Source: Dehalococcoidia bacterium
GTDB taxonomy: Bacteria; Chloroflexota; Dehalococcoidia; Lucifugimonadales; G963668185
Assembly (NCBI GenBank): GCA_963668185.1
Contig: OY764162.1
Span: 852,754-916,753, forward strand
Direction: 5' to 3'
Length of the DNA stretch: 64,000 nucleotides
Below, piece after piece: positions 33,886 through 42,281 of the stretch. Positions within the stretch are counted from its first letter, which is position 1; every line of letters begins with the position of its first letter. The position numbers and the translations under genes were made by a program. The notes below the pieces were generated by a model. That model saw only the letters and a list, made by a program, of their open reading frames with translations, ran no database searches and was not told where the DNA came from.

Positions 33886-35172
33886 ATGGCAGATCAGTGG
33901 TGTGAGGTGACCGTCGAAGAGATTGCCGAGAAAGTCGCCATGGGGCCTTTTGGGTCGTCTATCAAAGTCGAGACGTTCGTGCCGGAAGGTGTGCCGATCA
34001 TAAGCGGGCAGCACCTGCACGGCTTCAGAGTTGATGACACGCCGGGGTTCAACTTCATCAGCTCTGAGCACGCCCAAAAGCTCGCGAATGCCAATGTCCA
34101 CAGAGGTGACGTTGTATTCACTCATGCAGGCAACATTGGGCAAGCCGCGTACATCCCAGAGGGCTCACAGTTCGAACGTTATGTAATCTCACAGCGCCAG
34201 TTCTACCTGCGATGTGATCGGTCCAAGGCACTGCCTGAGTTTGTCACGTTGTACTTCAGGTCGCCTGAGGGGCAGCACCAGCTTCTGGCCAATACATCGC
34301 AGGTGGGGGTTCCATCTATAGCGCAACCCGTGACCTACCTGCGCACGATACGGATTCCTCTCCCGCCCCTTGACGAGCAACGCGCCATCGCCCACGTCCT
34401 GGGCACGCTGGACGACAAGATCGAGTTGAACCGGCGCATGAACGAGACGCTGGAGTCGATGGCGCGGGCGCTGTTCAAGTCGTGGTTCGTGGACTTCGAG
34501 CCAGTGCGCGCCAAGATGGAAGGCCGCTGGCGCCCCGGCCAGTCCCTCCCCGGCCTGCCGTCGGACCTCTACGACCTGTTCCCGGACCGGCTGGCGCCCT
34601 CAGAACTGGGGGAGGCGCCGGAGGGGTGGGGGGTGAAGGCGCTGGGGGATGTGATAGAGATTCACGACAGCAAGCGCGTTCCCTTGAACAGTCGAGAGCG
34701 CATGGAGCGACAGGGGCGTTATCCTTACTATGGCGCTGCCGGCATCATGGATTACGTGGATGACTATCTCTTTGACGGCGTTCATGTGCTGATCGGTGAG
34801 GATGGATCAGTGGTCGATGACGAGGGTTATCCAGTGGTGCAATACATCTGGGGGCAGTTCTGGGTCAACAACCATGCTCACGTGCTCAAAGGAAGGAATG
34901 GGTTTGGCGACGAGCATCTGTACTTGCTGCTGAGGCAGATGCCCATCATGGCGTACGTGACCGGCGCGGTGCAACCCAAGCTAAATCAAGGGAACCTGAA
35001 ATCCATCCCTATCATCTTCCCGGGTCCGCCAGCGTGCAGAGCGTTTTCTGATAGGATTGCTCCAATGTTCCAGAGAGTACGTGACAATGCGGACGAGATC
35101 GAATCGCTGGTGGGTCAGCGTGACGCGCTGTTGCCGCGGTTGGTGAGGGGGGAAGTGGGAGTGGCACTCTGA
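33886..35172 (+). CDS. hsdS: Type I restriction-modification specificity subunit HsdS, full length with two TRDs
   Basis: Central conserved 'LPPLDEQRAIAHVLGTLDDKIELNRRMNETLESMARALFKSWFVDFEP' and C-terminal 'LVGQRDALLPRLVRGEV'. Confidence 0.9.
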   Translation: MADQWCEVTVEEIAEKVAMGPFGSSIKVETFVPEGVPIISGQHLHGFRVDDTPGFNFISSEHAQKLANANVHRGDVVFTHAGNIGQAAYIPEGSQFERYVISQRQFYLRCDRSKALPEFVTLYFRSPEGQHQLLANTSQVGVPSIAQPVTYLRTIRIPLPPLDEQRAIAHVLGTLDDKIELNRRMNETLESMARALFKSWFVDFEPVRAKMEGRWRPGQSLPGLPSDLYDLFPDRLAPSELGEAPEGWGVKALGDVIEIHDSKRVPLNSRERMERQGRYPYYGAAGIMDYVDDYLFDGVHVLIGEDGSVVDDEGYPVVQYIWGQFWVNNHAHVLKGRNGFGDEHLYLLLRQMPIMAYVTGAVQPKLNQGNLKSIPIIFPGPPACRAFSDRIAPMFQRVRDNADEIESLVGQRDALLPRLVRGEVGVAL

Positions 35173-35331
35173 GAATAGAGGTCGCCGTGGGGTTTCGTGA
35201 ACATCTGGTCGTTGGTGAATGAGAACTGATATACTGTTGCTTAGTCGTCCTCACCCCACGGTGGCGCAACCGCGGAGGGAGGGCGTAGGAGAGACAGACG
35301 CATACGACGCAGCCAGAGGCAGTAGCAGATC

Positions 35332-35823
35332 GTGACGCTCACCCCTAACATGCAGATGTCACAACTTTCCCTGGCCTACATATCGGCGGTCGCCTCCCAT
35401 GCCGGCTACGAGGTTTCGGAGCCGAGGCTAGACTTCGACAGTGTGGACGGCACGCTCAAGTCGAGTTCCGGCGGCCGCCCACGGATCGAATTTCAGGCCA
35501 AAGCCACCACCCAGGACATCCTGCGCAGCGGACAGTTACACTTTCCCCTGCCGGTCAAGAACTACAACGACCTGCGAGCCCCCACTATGGTGCCTCGCTT
35601 GCTCATAGTGATGCTCATGCCTGTAGAGCGGGAAGAGTGGCTCACGCAGTCAACTGAGCAGCTTTGCTTACGCAAGTGCGCCTATTGGTATTCCCTGGAG
35701 GGCAAGCCCACCACCAGCAACACGTCCAGCGTCACTCTTTACATCCCTACGCAGAACGAGTTCAATGCGGCACAGTTGACCGCGCTCTTACAGAAGGCAG
35801 ACCAAGGGGTGTCGTTATGCTAG
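35332..35823 (+). CDS. DUF4365-like PD-(D/E)XK-fold (restriction-endonuclease-like) protein
   Basis: 'LAYISAVASHAGYEV...DFDSVDGTL...RIEFQAKAT' follows the D...(E/Q)xK pattern typical of DUF4365. The start is either GTG at 35332 or ATG at 35350. Confidence 0.55.
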   Translation: MTLTPNMQMSQLSLAYISAVASHAGYEVSEPRLDFDSVDGTLKSSSGGRPRIEFQAKATTQDILRSGQLHFPLPVKNYNDLRAPTMVPRLLIVMLMPVEREEWLTQSTEQLCLRKCAYWYSLEGKPTTSNTSSVTLYIPTQNEFNAAQLTALLQKADQGVSLC

Positions 35824-36941
35824 TGCAGATCAGAGACCGAAAGGCATTGTCGTCGCTCTCCCTCAGCGCTCTGCGCGCCTACTTGGGAGTGCGGGGGTGG
35901 AAGGATGAAGGTCTGTGGGGCAGCCGCCCGGCCAGCATCTTTACCGCTGGCGACGAGGCCAACATGGAAGTTTTGGTGCCCACGCGGGACACTGTCGCGG
36001 ACTATGCGGAGGCCATGGCGGAAGCGGTGGCGGTTCTCGCACTCCACGAGGACCGATCGCAGATAGAAGTGTTCCACGATTTGCAGGGAGCCAAGTCCGA
36101 CGTAATACGGTTGCGCTCCTCGAATGGACTTGCCAACGAGCGGCTGTCACTCAGTCAGAGCGCGGAGCTGCACTCCAACGCTTACAGGCTGCTTGCCGCC
36201 AGCGCACGAGCCGCCGAGAGGCCCCAACCTGCCTATCGCGGACGGCCTAGCGCGAAAGTCGAGGACTTCCTCAACAAAGTACTGCCTCTACCCAGTCAGG
36301 GCGGATACGACTTGACGCTCCATTCACCCGTCGCGTCGGACATCGGCGGCCAATCCGACATGGGCGATGAGTTCCACGTCCCATTCTCCCGGCAAGTCAC
36401 CCGCAAGCTTGATGAGGCTTTGACATACACCGTATCCGCCATTGAGGATGCGCTCGTGAAGGACACGCTGGACACCTTCAAGACGCATGTGAACAGAGGG
36501 GTCAGCGCGAATTTGTGCGCCTCAGTGTCTGAGTTGGCTACAAGAGGCCAGGGAGTCACCATAGACTTGGGATGGGCTGATGTCAGGCCATCCGACCGCG
36601 TTGACTCGCATTTCCCCTTTACCGTTGATTCGGCTGAAGTCCTATTGCAGGCTTCAAGGTCATTGAGCAGGACTGAACCGTCCATGGATGAGCAGATCGA
36701 GGCCCAGGTTGTGCAACTCGCCAGAGAACCGGATCAGTTCGACGGCAGGGCTACACTCGTTTCTACTTGGGAGGGACACCCAATCAGGTTGTCGGTACAG
36801 TTCGAACAGTCCGTCTATGACACCGTGATCCATGCGTTCAAAGACCAGTCCTACGTGAGTCTGCTGGGCGACATTTACCCAACTGCCAGAGGCTATGAGT
36901 TGCGCGCCCCCCGCAACTTGTTGGTAGTGTTGGAAGAGTAA
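35817..36941 (+). CDS. Hypothetical 374-aa protein, no recognisable motif
   Basis: The ATG at 35817 overlaps the upstream stop by 7 nt. Long ORF with normal composition. Confidence 0.6.
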   Translation: MLVQIRDRKALSSLSLSALRAYLGVRGWKDEGLWGSRPASIFTAGDEANMEVLVPTRDTVADYAEAMAEAVAVLALHEDRSQIEVFHDLQGAKSDVIRLRSSNGLANERLSLSQSAELHSNAYRLLAASARAAERPQPAYRGRPSAKVEDFLNKVLPLPSQGGYDLTLHSPVASDIGGQSDMGDEFHVPFSRQVTRKLDEALTYTVSAIEDALVKDTLDTFKTHVNRGVSANLCASVSELATRGQGVTIDLGWADVRPSDRVDSHFPFTVDSAEVLLQASRSLSRTEPSMDEQIEAQVVQLAREPDQFDGRATLVSTWEGHPIRLSVQFEQSVYDTVIHAFKDQSYVSLLGDIYPTARGYELRAPRNLLVVLEE

Positions 36942-37048
36942 CTCCCCTCGCCACGCTCACCAAGGCGGCGCTTGGGTGGGCCATCGCGCACGGGCTGGAG
37001 ATCGCGCCGGACAGGCTCGCAGTAAACCTTCGGAATAGATGAAGCGCA

Positions 37049-37261
37049 ATGCACAAGTACGAGATCATCATCTGCTGGAGCGATGAAGACGGCGTCTTTG
37101 TTGCGGAGGCGCCGGAGCTTGCGGGATGCGCGGCTCATGGTGAGACTCAGCAGGCGGCGCTGGAGAACATCAACGAGGCCATGGACCTTTAGCTGGAGAC
37201 GGCGCGGGAGTTCGGAGACCAGATCCCCAAGCCCAAGGGCGAACAGCTGGCGCCGGCATGA
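37049..37261 (+). pseudogene. HicB-family antitoxin gene with an in-frame TAG
   Basis: 'MHKYEIIICWSDEDGVFVAEAPELAGCAAHGETQQAALENINEAMDL*LETAREFGDQIPKPKG'. The TAG at 37190 sits where HicB proteins usually have Trp (TGG). Confidence 0.6.
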
Positions 37262-37401
37262 CCACCCTCCCCAAAGCCGCCGTCGAGCAGGCCGCCCTCG
37301 AATTGCTGTCAGACGCCGGCTGGCAACTCGCGCACGGGCCGGACATCACGCTGGGGCAGACGCTCCGCCGCTACCGGAACAGGGCCATCGAGGCAGCGTA
37401 G
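37258..37401 (+). pseudogene. Probable hsdR stub (N-terminal and C-terminal fragments joined, 47 codons)
   Basis: 'MTTLPKAAVEQAALELLSDAGWQLAHGPDI' resembles HsdR N-termini. '...LRRYRNRAIEAA' resembles the conserved HsdR C-terminal segment. Confidence 0.45.
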
Positions 37402-37523
37402 GCGGTCAAGACTGGGCGACCCCCAATTCCTACTCGCCGCGCCCAGCCGCCTGCTAGAATCTGGTACTTGGGCCAGTCAGCCTTCAAATCCGCCGCGCCG
37501 CGCGCCGAGGACCCTGAGACCGC

Positions 37524-38663
37524 TTGTTACGCAACACCACCCGTACTTGGAAATACGCCGGAAACCCGTGGGGCGAACGCATCGGGTGGGCGCTCGTTGT
37601 CGTGACAATAGTCGTCGTCACGATCGTTTCATTGGACGCGTACGACCGTTGCACCCCAGGCGACGCCGTCCCCGGCCACGTGTACGCGTTAGACTCGACC
37701 ACCGGGGAGGAACTCTGGCAACGCAAGGTCGAAGGCGGCGTCATCACCACGCCCGCCGTCGGCTTCGGCGGCGTGTACGTCGGCACGTTCGAGTCCAAGC
37801 TCTACGCCCTGAACGAGACCACCGGCGAAGTCAACTGGGAGTTCGATACCGGCGCGCAGATCAGCAGCTCCCCCACCCTCGCCGATAGCTCCGTCATCTT
37901 CGCCAACTGGGACGGCGCCGTCTTCTCCGTGAACGCCATCACCGGCAAGGAAAACTGGCGCTTCCAGACCGAAAGCGGCGAGGTCATCAACTCGACTCCG
38001 GCCGTGCTGAACGGCACCGTTTACGTCGGCAGCAACGACTTCAACGTTTACGCGATAGACCAGCGCACCGGCGAAGAGGTCTGGCGGTACGAGACCGGCG
38101 CCCTGATCCTAGGCTCCACGCCGATCTACGACAACACCCTGTACGTCGGCAGTTCCGACTCCCGCCTCTACGCGCTCGACGCCGGGAACGCCTCCGAAGT
38201 CTGGACCGCCGACACCCGCAACCGCGTCAAGAACACTCCGGCGGTAGCGTCCGACGCCGTCTTCTTCAGCAACGATGACAGGTTCATGATCGCGGTTGAC
38301 AGAGTCACGGGCGAGGAGCTTTGGCGCGTCAGGAACGCGGACAAGGTGTCCTCCCCGGCCGCCATCGCCGGCAACCTAGTCGTTTACGGGACGCAGGACG
38401 GATTCGTGACCGCGCTCGACGCCGACAACGGCAGGGTCGAGTGGCTGTACCACGCCCGGGACAAGGTCGTCGGGACGCCGCTCGTCCACGAAGGCCGGAT
38501 CTACGTCGGCACCAACGACAACAGCGTGTACGCCCTCGACCCGGCGACCGGCGAGGAACTGCTGGCGTTCGAGGCCAACGGCGCCGTACGCGGCGGGGTC
38601 GCAGCCTCCGGTGACCGCATCTTCTTCGGCACGTACGACGGCTTCATACCCCCGGACAGATAG
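37524..38663 (+). CDS. PQQ-like (BamB-like) beta-propeller repeat protein, membrane-anchored
   Basis: N-terminal TM 'WALVVVTIVVVTIV'. Repeated 'G.(V/L)(Y/F)(V/A)G(T/S).D..(L/V)YA(L/I)D..TGEE.W'. TTG start. Confidence 0.8.
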   Translation: MLRNTTRTWKYAGNPWGERIGWALVVVTIVVVTIVSLDAYDRCTPGDAVPGHVYALDSTTGEELWQRKVEGGVITTPAVGFGGVYVGTFESKLYALNETTGEVNWEFDTGAQISSSPTLADSSVIFANWDGAVFSVNAITGKENWRFQTESGEVINSTPAVLNGTVYVGSNDFNVYAIDQRTGEEVWRYETGALILGSTPIYDNTLYVGSSDSRLYALDAGNASEVWTADTRNRVKNTPAVASDAVFFSNDDRFMIAVDRVTGEELWRVRNADKVSSPAAIAGNLVVYGTQDGFVTALDADNGRVEWLYHARDKVVGTPLVHEGRIYVGTNDNSVYALDPATGEELLAFEANGAVRGGVAASGDRIFFGTYDGFIPPDR

Positions 38664-38694
38664 CCAGCCTCGCGCCGGGGAGACCTTTGTACAA

Positions 38695-38800
38695 CCGTCA
38701 TTCCCGCGAAGGCGGGAATCCAGGGGTGGCCTGGGCGGGGCCTCTGGCCTCTTCCCCAGTCTGCTGGGGAAGACTGAGATGGGGTAATAGCGGCTATTAC
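38695..38800. repeat. Palindromic repeat cluster (families D and C plus GGTAATAGCGGCTATTACC)
   Basis: CATTCCCGCGAAGGCGGGAATCC and CTTCCCCAGTCTGCTGGGGAAG. The ~65-bp segment 38735-38800 recurs inverted at 58165-58232. Confidence 0.85.
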
Positions 38801-38806
38801 CGCAGC

Positions 38807-40114
38807 CTAGATCGTCAGCGAGTAGTCCGCCATGTCGCCCTCCTCGAAGCGCGAGTACCGCAGCGGCCCGATGTCGATCGTCGTCTCGCCGTCCAGGATC
38901 AGTTCCGACAGCGTGAACCCGGCGCCAGGCCCCAGCGCGAACCCGTGCCCGCTGAACCCCGTGCCGATATAGAAGCCGCGCACCCCCGGCGCTTCTCCCA
39001 TCACGGGCACAGCGTCCGGCGTAGCGTCGATCCTGCCGGCCCACGTCCGCAGCACGCCAACGTCGGCAAGCGACGGCACAAGCCGTTTGAGGTTCCGCAT
39101 CGTGGCCTCCACCGTCTGGCGGTTCGGCTCCGGCTCCACTCCCACCGTGTGCGCGAACGGCCGCCGGCGCGCGCCGGACCACGGCATCGCCCGCAGCACG
39201 TCTCCCGCCAGCGCCGACCCGATCCTCACACGAAAGCTTCTCCTCGCCCGCATGAAGTTCGGCAGGAACCATCGCAACTGCCGGAAAGATTCCAGATCCA
39301 CGTCGTAGTCACCGCTTCCCCCGCCCGCCACGTACAGCGTCCCGTCCCTCTTCTGCCGGAACGCCACGCCGTCGCCCCAGACCACCGTGTGAGTGAACAC
39401 CGGCGCAGGCGTCGTGCAGGCCACCGTCGCCCGCACCGCCCTCTGCGGCAGCCGTAGCCCGACCATTCGCGCGACCCGGCTCGCCCACGCCCCTGCCGCG
39501 CACACCACGACCGGAGCCTTCACGTCGCCCCGCTCGGTGATGACCTCCTTCACCGCGCCGTCGCGCACCTCGATCCCCTCCGCCGCGCACCCGGTTACCA
39601 CGCTCGCGCCCATCGCCGCCGCGGCCTCCGCCACCGCTCGCGTGGCCTTGCGCGGCTCCGCCTGCCCGTCCGACGGCGTGTACGCGCCGCCCAGGAACGG
39701 CCCGTCCAACTGCGGAATCAGGCCCTTCACCTCATCCCGCGACAGTAGCGACGACTCCAGCCCCAACTCGCGCGTCGTGTCCACCCACGCCTGTTGCCTC
39801 GCCAGTTCATCATCGTCATACGCCAGCCGGAGCGATCCCTCCTGGATGCGCTCGATGTCCGCGCCCAACTCCTCGGCGAGCTCATTCCACTTCAGCCGCG
39901 ACAGCATCGCCAGCGGGATCTCCCGCGGGTTCCGCCCCTGCTGCCTCGTCCAGCCCCAGTTGCGGCCCGACTGCTCGTCCGCGATCTCGCCCTTCTCCAC
40001 GAGGACGACCTTCGCGTTTCGCCCCGCCAGGTAGTACGCTGTCGAGGCCCCGACGATCCCGCCGCCGATGACGACGACGTCCGCCTCGCCCGGCAGCGCC
40101 GATGCGAAGCTCAA
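38807..40114 (-). CDS. FAD-dependent oxidoreductase (DAO/sarcosine-oxidase-beta-like)
   Basis: 'DVVVIGGGIVGASTAYYLAGRNAKVVLVEKG' is a Rossmann GxGxxG. The TTG start overlaps the amidase TGA (TTGA). Confidence 0.8.
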   Translation of the reverse strand: MSFASALPGEADVVVIGGGIVGASTAYYLAGRNAKVVLVEKGEIADEQSGRNWGWTRQQGRNPREIPLAMLSRLKWNELAEELGADIERIQEGSLRLAYDDDELARQQAWVDTTRELGLESSLLSRDEVKGLIPQLDGPFLGGAYTPSDGQAEPRKATRAVAEAAAAMGASVVTGCAAEGIEVRDGAVKEVITERGDVKAPVVVCAAGAWASRVARMVGLRLPQRAVRATVACTTPAPVFTHTVVWGDGVAFRQKRDGTLYVAGGGSGDYDVDLESFRQLRWFLPNFMRARRSFRVRIGSALAGDVLRAMPWSGARRRPFAHTVGVEPEPNRQTVEATMRNLKRLVPSLADVGVLRTWAGRIDATPDAVPVMGEAPGVRGFYIGTGFSGHGFALGPGAGFTLSELILDGETTIDIGPLRYSRFEEGDMADYSLTI

Positions 40115-41520
40115 GACGCCTCCGCCGCGAACGCAGCCGCCAGCCGCCAGCCCCCGAACGCCGACTCCAGCGCCGCGGCCAGCGCGAGGCACACGTCCTC
40201 CCGCCACGGTCGCCCCACGACCTGCGCCCCGATCGGCAGCCCGTCGCCTGACGTGCCGACGCGCACGACCGCCCCCGGCCAGCCGGTCTTGTTGTACACG
40301 CTCGTGTAGCTGAACGAGCCCTTGTTGTAGTCCTCCCGCCACGTCCCGTGCGGGATCGCCTCCACAGCCGCCGGCGGGCACAGGATCGCGTCGTAATCCT
40401 CCATGAACGCCAGCATCTCCGCCCGGAACTCGTCAATCCGCTCCAGCTTCGCCGTGTACTCCCCAATCGGCATCACTTTCCCCTCGGCGCGGGCCATCCC
40501 GGCGCTGTTCCAGTGATGCGTTTCCTCCGTCCCTACCGCGTCGAGCTTGCGCTGGAACCACGCCATCCCGTCGGCGTCCAGCACCCCGAGATCGACTCCC
40601 CACTCAATCGCCGCCGGCCTGTCCTCCACCACCGTCACGCCCGCGTCCCGCAGCGCGTCGGCTGCGGCGCAGGCCGCCCCGATGATGTCGGCGGTCGGCG
40701 CCGATACGCCGTTGTCGGGGTGAAACGCCACCCTCAGCGAGGTCACGTCCACGTCTTTCGGATCCCTCATCGGCACGGGCATGATCGCCGGGTCCACCCA
40801 GTCCGGCCCCGCGATTATGGGCAGCACGAGCGCGAGGTCGCTAACGTACCTCGCCATCGGCCCGATCTGCGTCAGCGAGTCGATCGCCCCCATGCCGTGG
40901 GGCACCGCGTGGCCGGTCCTCGGCACCCGGCCCGACGTCGGCTTGAGCCCGGCGGTGCCGCAGAAGTGCGACGGCTGCCGGATGCTCCCGCCCGTATCGC
41001 TGCCCAGATCGAGCGGCGAGCCGGCCGCCGCCACTATCGCAGCCGCTCCCCCGCTGCTCCCGCCGGAGGTCCGGTTCGTGTCGTACGGGTTGCTCGTCCT
41101 GCCATAGACCAGGTTGTCGGTTTCGAACGCCATCGTGAACTCCGGCGTGTTCGTCTTGCCAAGCACGATCGCGCCGGCCTGCCGCAGCCTCGCCGCGACG
41201 GTCGCGTCCCGTTCGGGGACGTGCCCTGCCCGCCCCTGCGTGCCGTACGTCGTTACGATGCCCTCGGTGTCGATCGAGTCCTTAAGCGTCACCGGCACGC
41301 CGTGGAGCGGCCCGGTCCGCTCCCCCTTCGCTATCGCCTCGTCCGCTCGCGCCGCCTCGTCCATCGCGCGCTCCTCCGCGAGCGCCACCACGGCGTTCAG
41401 CGCGGGGTTCACCTGCTCGATCCGCCCCAGGTGCGCCGAGACAACCTCGACTGACGACATCTCCCTGTTCCGAATCGCCTCCGCGATTCTGCCCGCCGAC
41501 CATGAGCATATCTCGCTCAT
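40111..41520 (-). CDS. Amidase-signature family amidase
   Basis: 'GGSSGGAAAIVAAAGSPLDLGSDTGGSIRQP'. Confidence 0.9.
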   Translation of the reverse strand: MSEICSWSAGRIAEAIRNREMSSVEVVSAHLGRIEQVNPALNAVVALAEERAMDEAARADEAIAKGERTGPLHGVPVTLKDSIDTEGIVTTYGTQGRAGHVPERDATVAARLRQAGAIVLGKTNTPEFTMAFETDNLVYGRTSNPYDTNRTSGGSSGGAAAIVAAAGSPLDLGSDTGGSIRQPSHFCGTAGLKPTSGRVPRTGHAVPHGMGAIDSLTQIGPMARYVSDLALVLPIIAGPDWVDPAIMPVPMRDPKDVDVTSLRVAFHPDNGVSAPTADIIGAACAAADALRDAGVTVVEDRPAAIEWGVDLGVLDADGMAWFQRKLDAVGTEETHHWNSAGMARAEGKVMPIGEYTAKLERIDEFRAEMLAFMEDYDAILCPPAAVEAIPHGTWREDYNKGSFSYTSVYNKTGWPGAVVRVGTSGDGLPIGAQVVGRPWREDVCLALAAALESAFGGWRLAAAFAAEAS

Positions 41521-41646
41521 TGCAAAGGCTCCTTAGCTTGCGCCATGTTTGGCCGTTCTGCCCGGCTCAGACGGTACCAGACTTGCGTATACTGGTTCCA
41601 GCGCGCCTGCCTGAACCCGCAATACAAGGAGGCTGACCGTCCGCCC

Positions 41647-42270
41647 ATGATCGAGTGGCTGCTTATCAGGCACGCGGAGACCGCGTGGAACATGGCTCGC
41701 CGTATCCAGGGCCACTCGGACGTTCCTCTGAACGCGAACGGCATGCAGCAGGCCCGGCTGATCGCCGAGCGCCTCTCAGACATTGACCTTGCCGCCATCT
41801 ACTCCAGCAACTCTTCCCGTGCGTTCGTGACCGCCCGCATGATCGCCGACGCGAACGGGGCGGGAGTGACCGTCCGCCCTGAACTCCGCGAGAAGTCCTA
41901 CGGAGAGTGGGAAGGCATGACGGGCCCGGAGATCCAGGCCGCGCACCCCGAGGAGTTCGCCCTCTGGCAGGACGTGCGCGACCCGGCCTTCTCCGTGACG
42001 GGCGGCGAGTCCGACCTGGACGTCCGGGCGCGCGTCCGCCTCCTGATCGAAGACCTGCGCTCCGCCCACGAAGACGGCGAGCGCATCGCGCTGGTCGGTC
42101 ACGGCGGCTCGCTCCGCGCGATAGCGAGCGAGCTGCTGGGCATCCCGCCGACCGCCGGGACCATGCTCTGGCTCGCCAACACCAGCGTCTCCACACTGCG
42201 CCTCCACGACCGCTTCACCGCCCTCCACAACTGGAACGATGCCTCCCACTTGCGGAACCATAATGGCTAA
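41647..42270 (+). CDS. Histidine phosphatase (phosphoglycerate-mutase-like) family protein
   Basis: 'LLIRHAETAWN...RIQGHSDVPLN' is the RHG motif. Start at the ATG at 41647. Confidence 0.85.
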   Translation: MIEWLLIRHAETAWNMARRIQGHSDVPLNANGMQQARLIAERLSDIDLAAIYSSNSSRAFVTARMIADANGAGVTVRPELREKSYGEWEGMTGPEIQAAHPEEFALWQDVRDPAFSVTGGESDLDVRARVRLLIEDLRSAHEDGERIALVGHGGSLRAIASELLGIPPTAGTMLWLANTSVSTLRLHDRFTALHNWNDASHLRNHNG

Positions 42271-42281
42271 TGGCAACTGTC

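Noticed and set aside
38376-39272. 298-aa minus-strand ORF and 256-aa plus-strand ORF (38687-39457) across the repeat cluster and the 3' end of the FAD oxidoreductase gene.
   Set aside because: They are out of frame or antisense to a gene with a clear Rossmann-fold identity and run through the palindromic repeats. The composition is Arg/Gly/Ala-rich.
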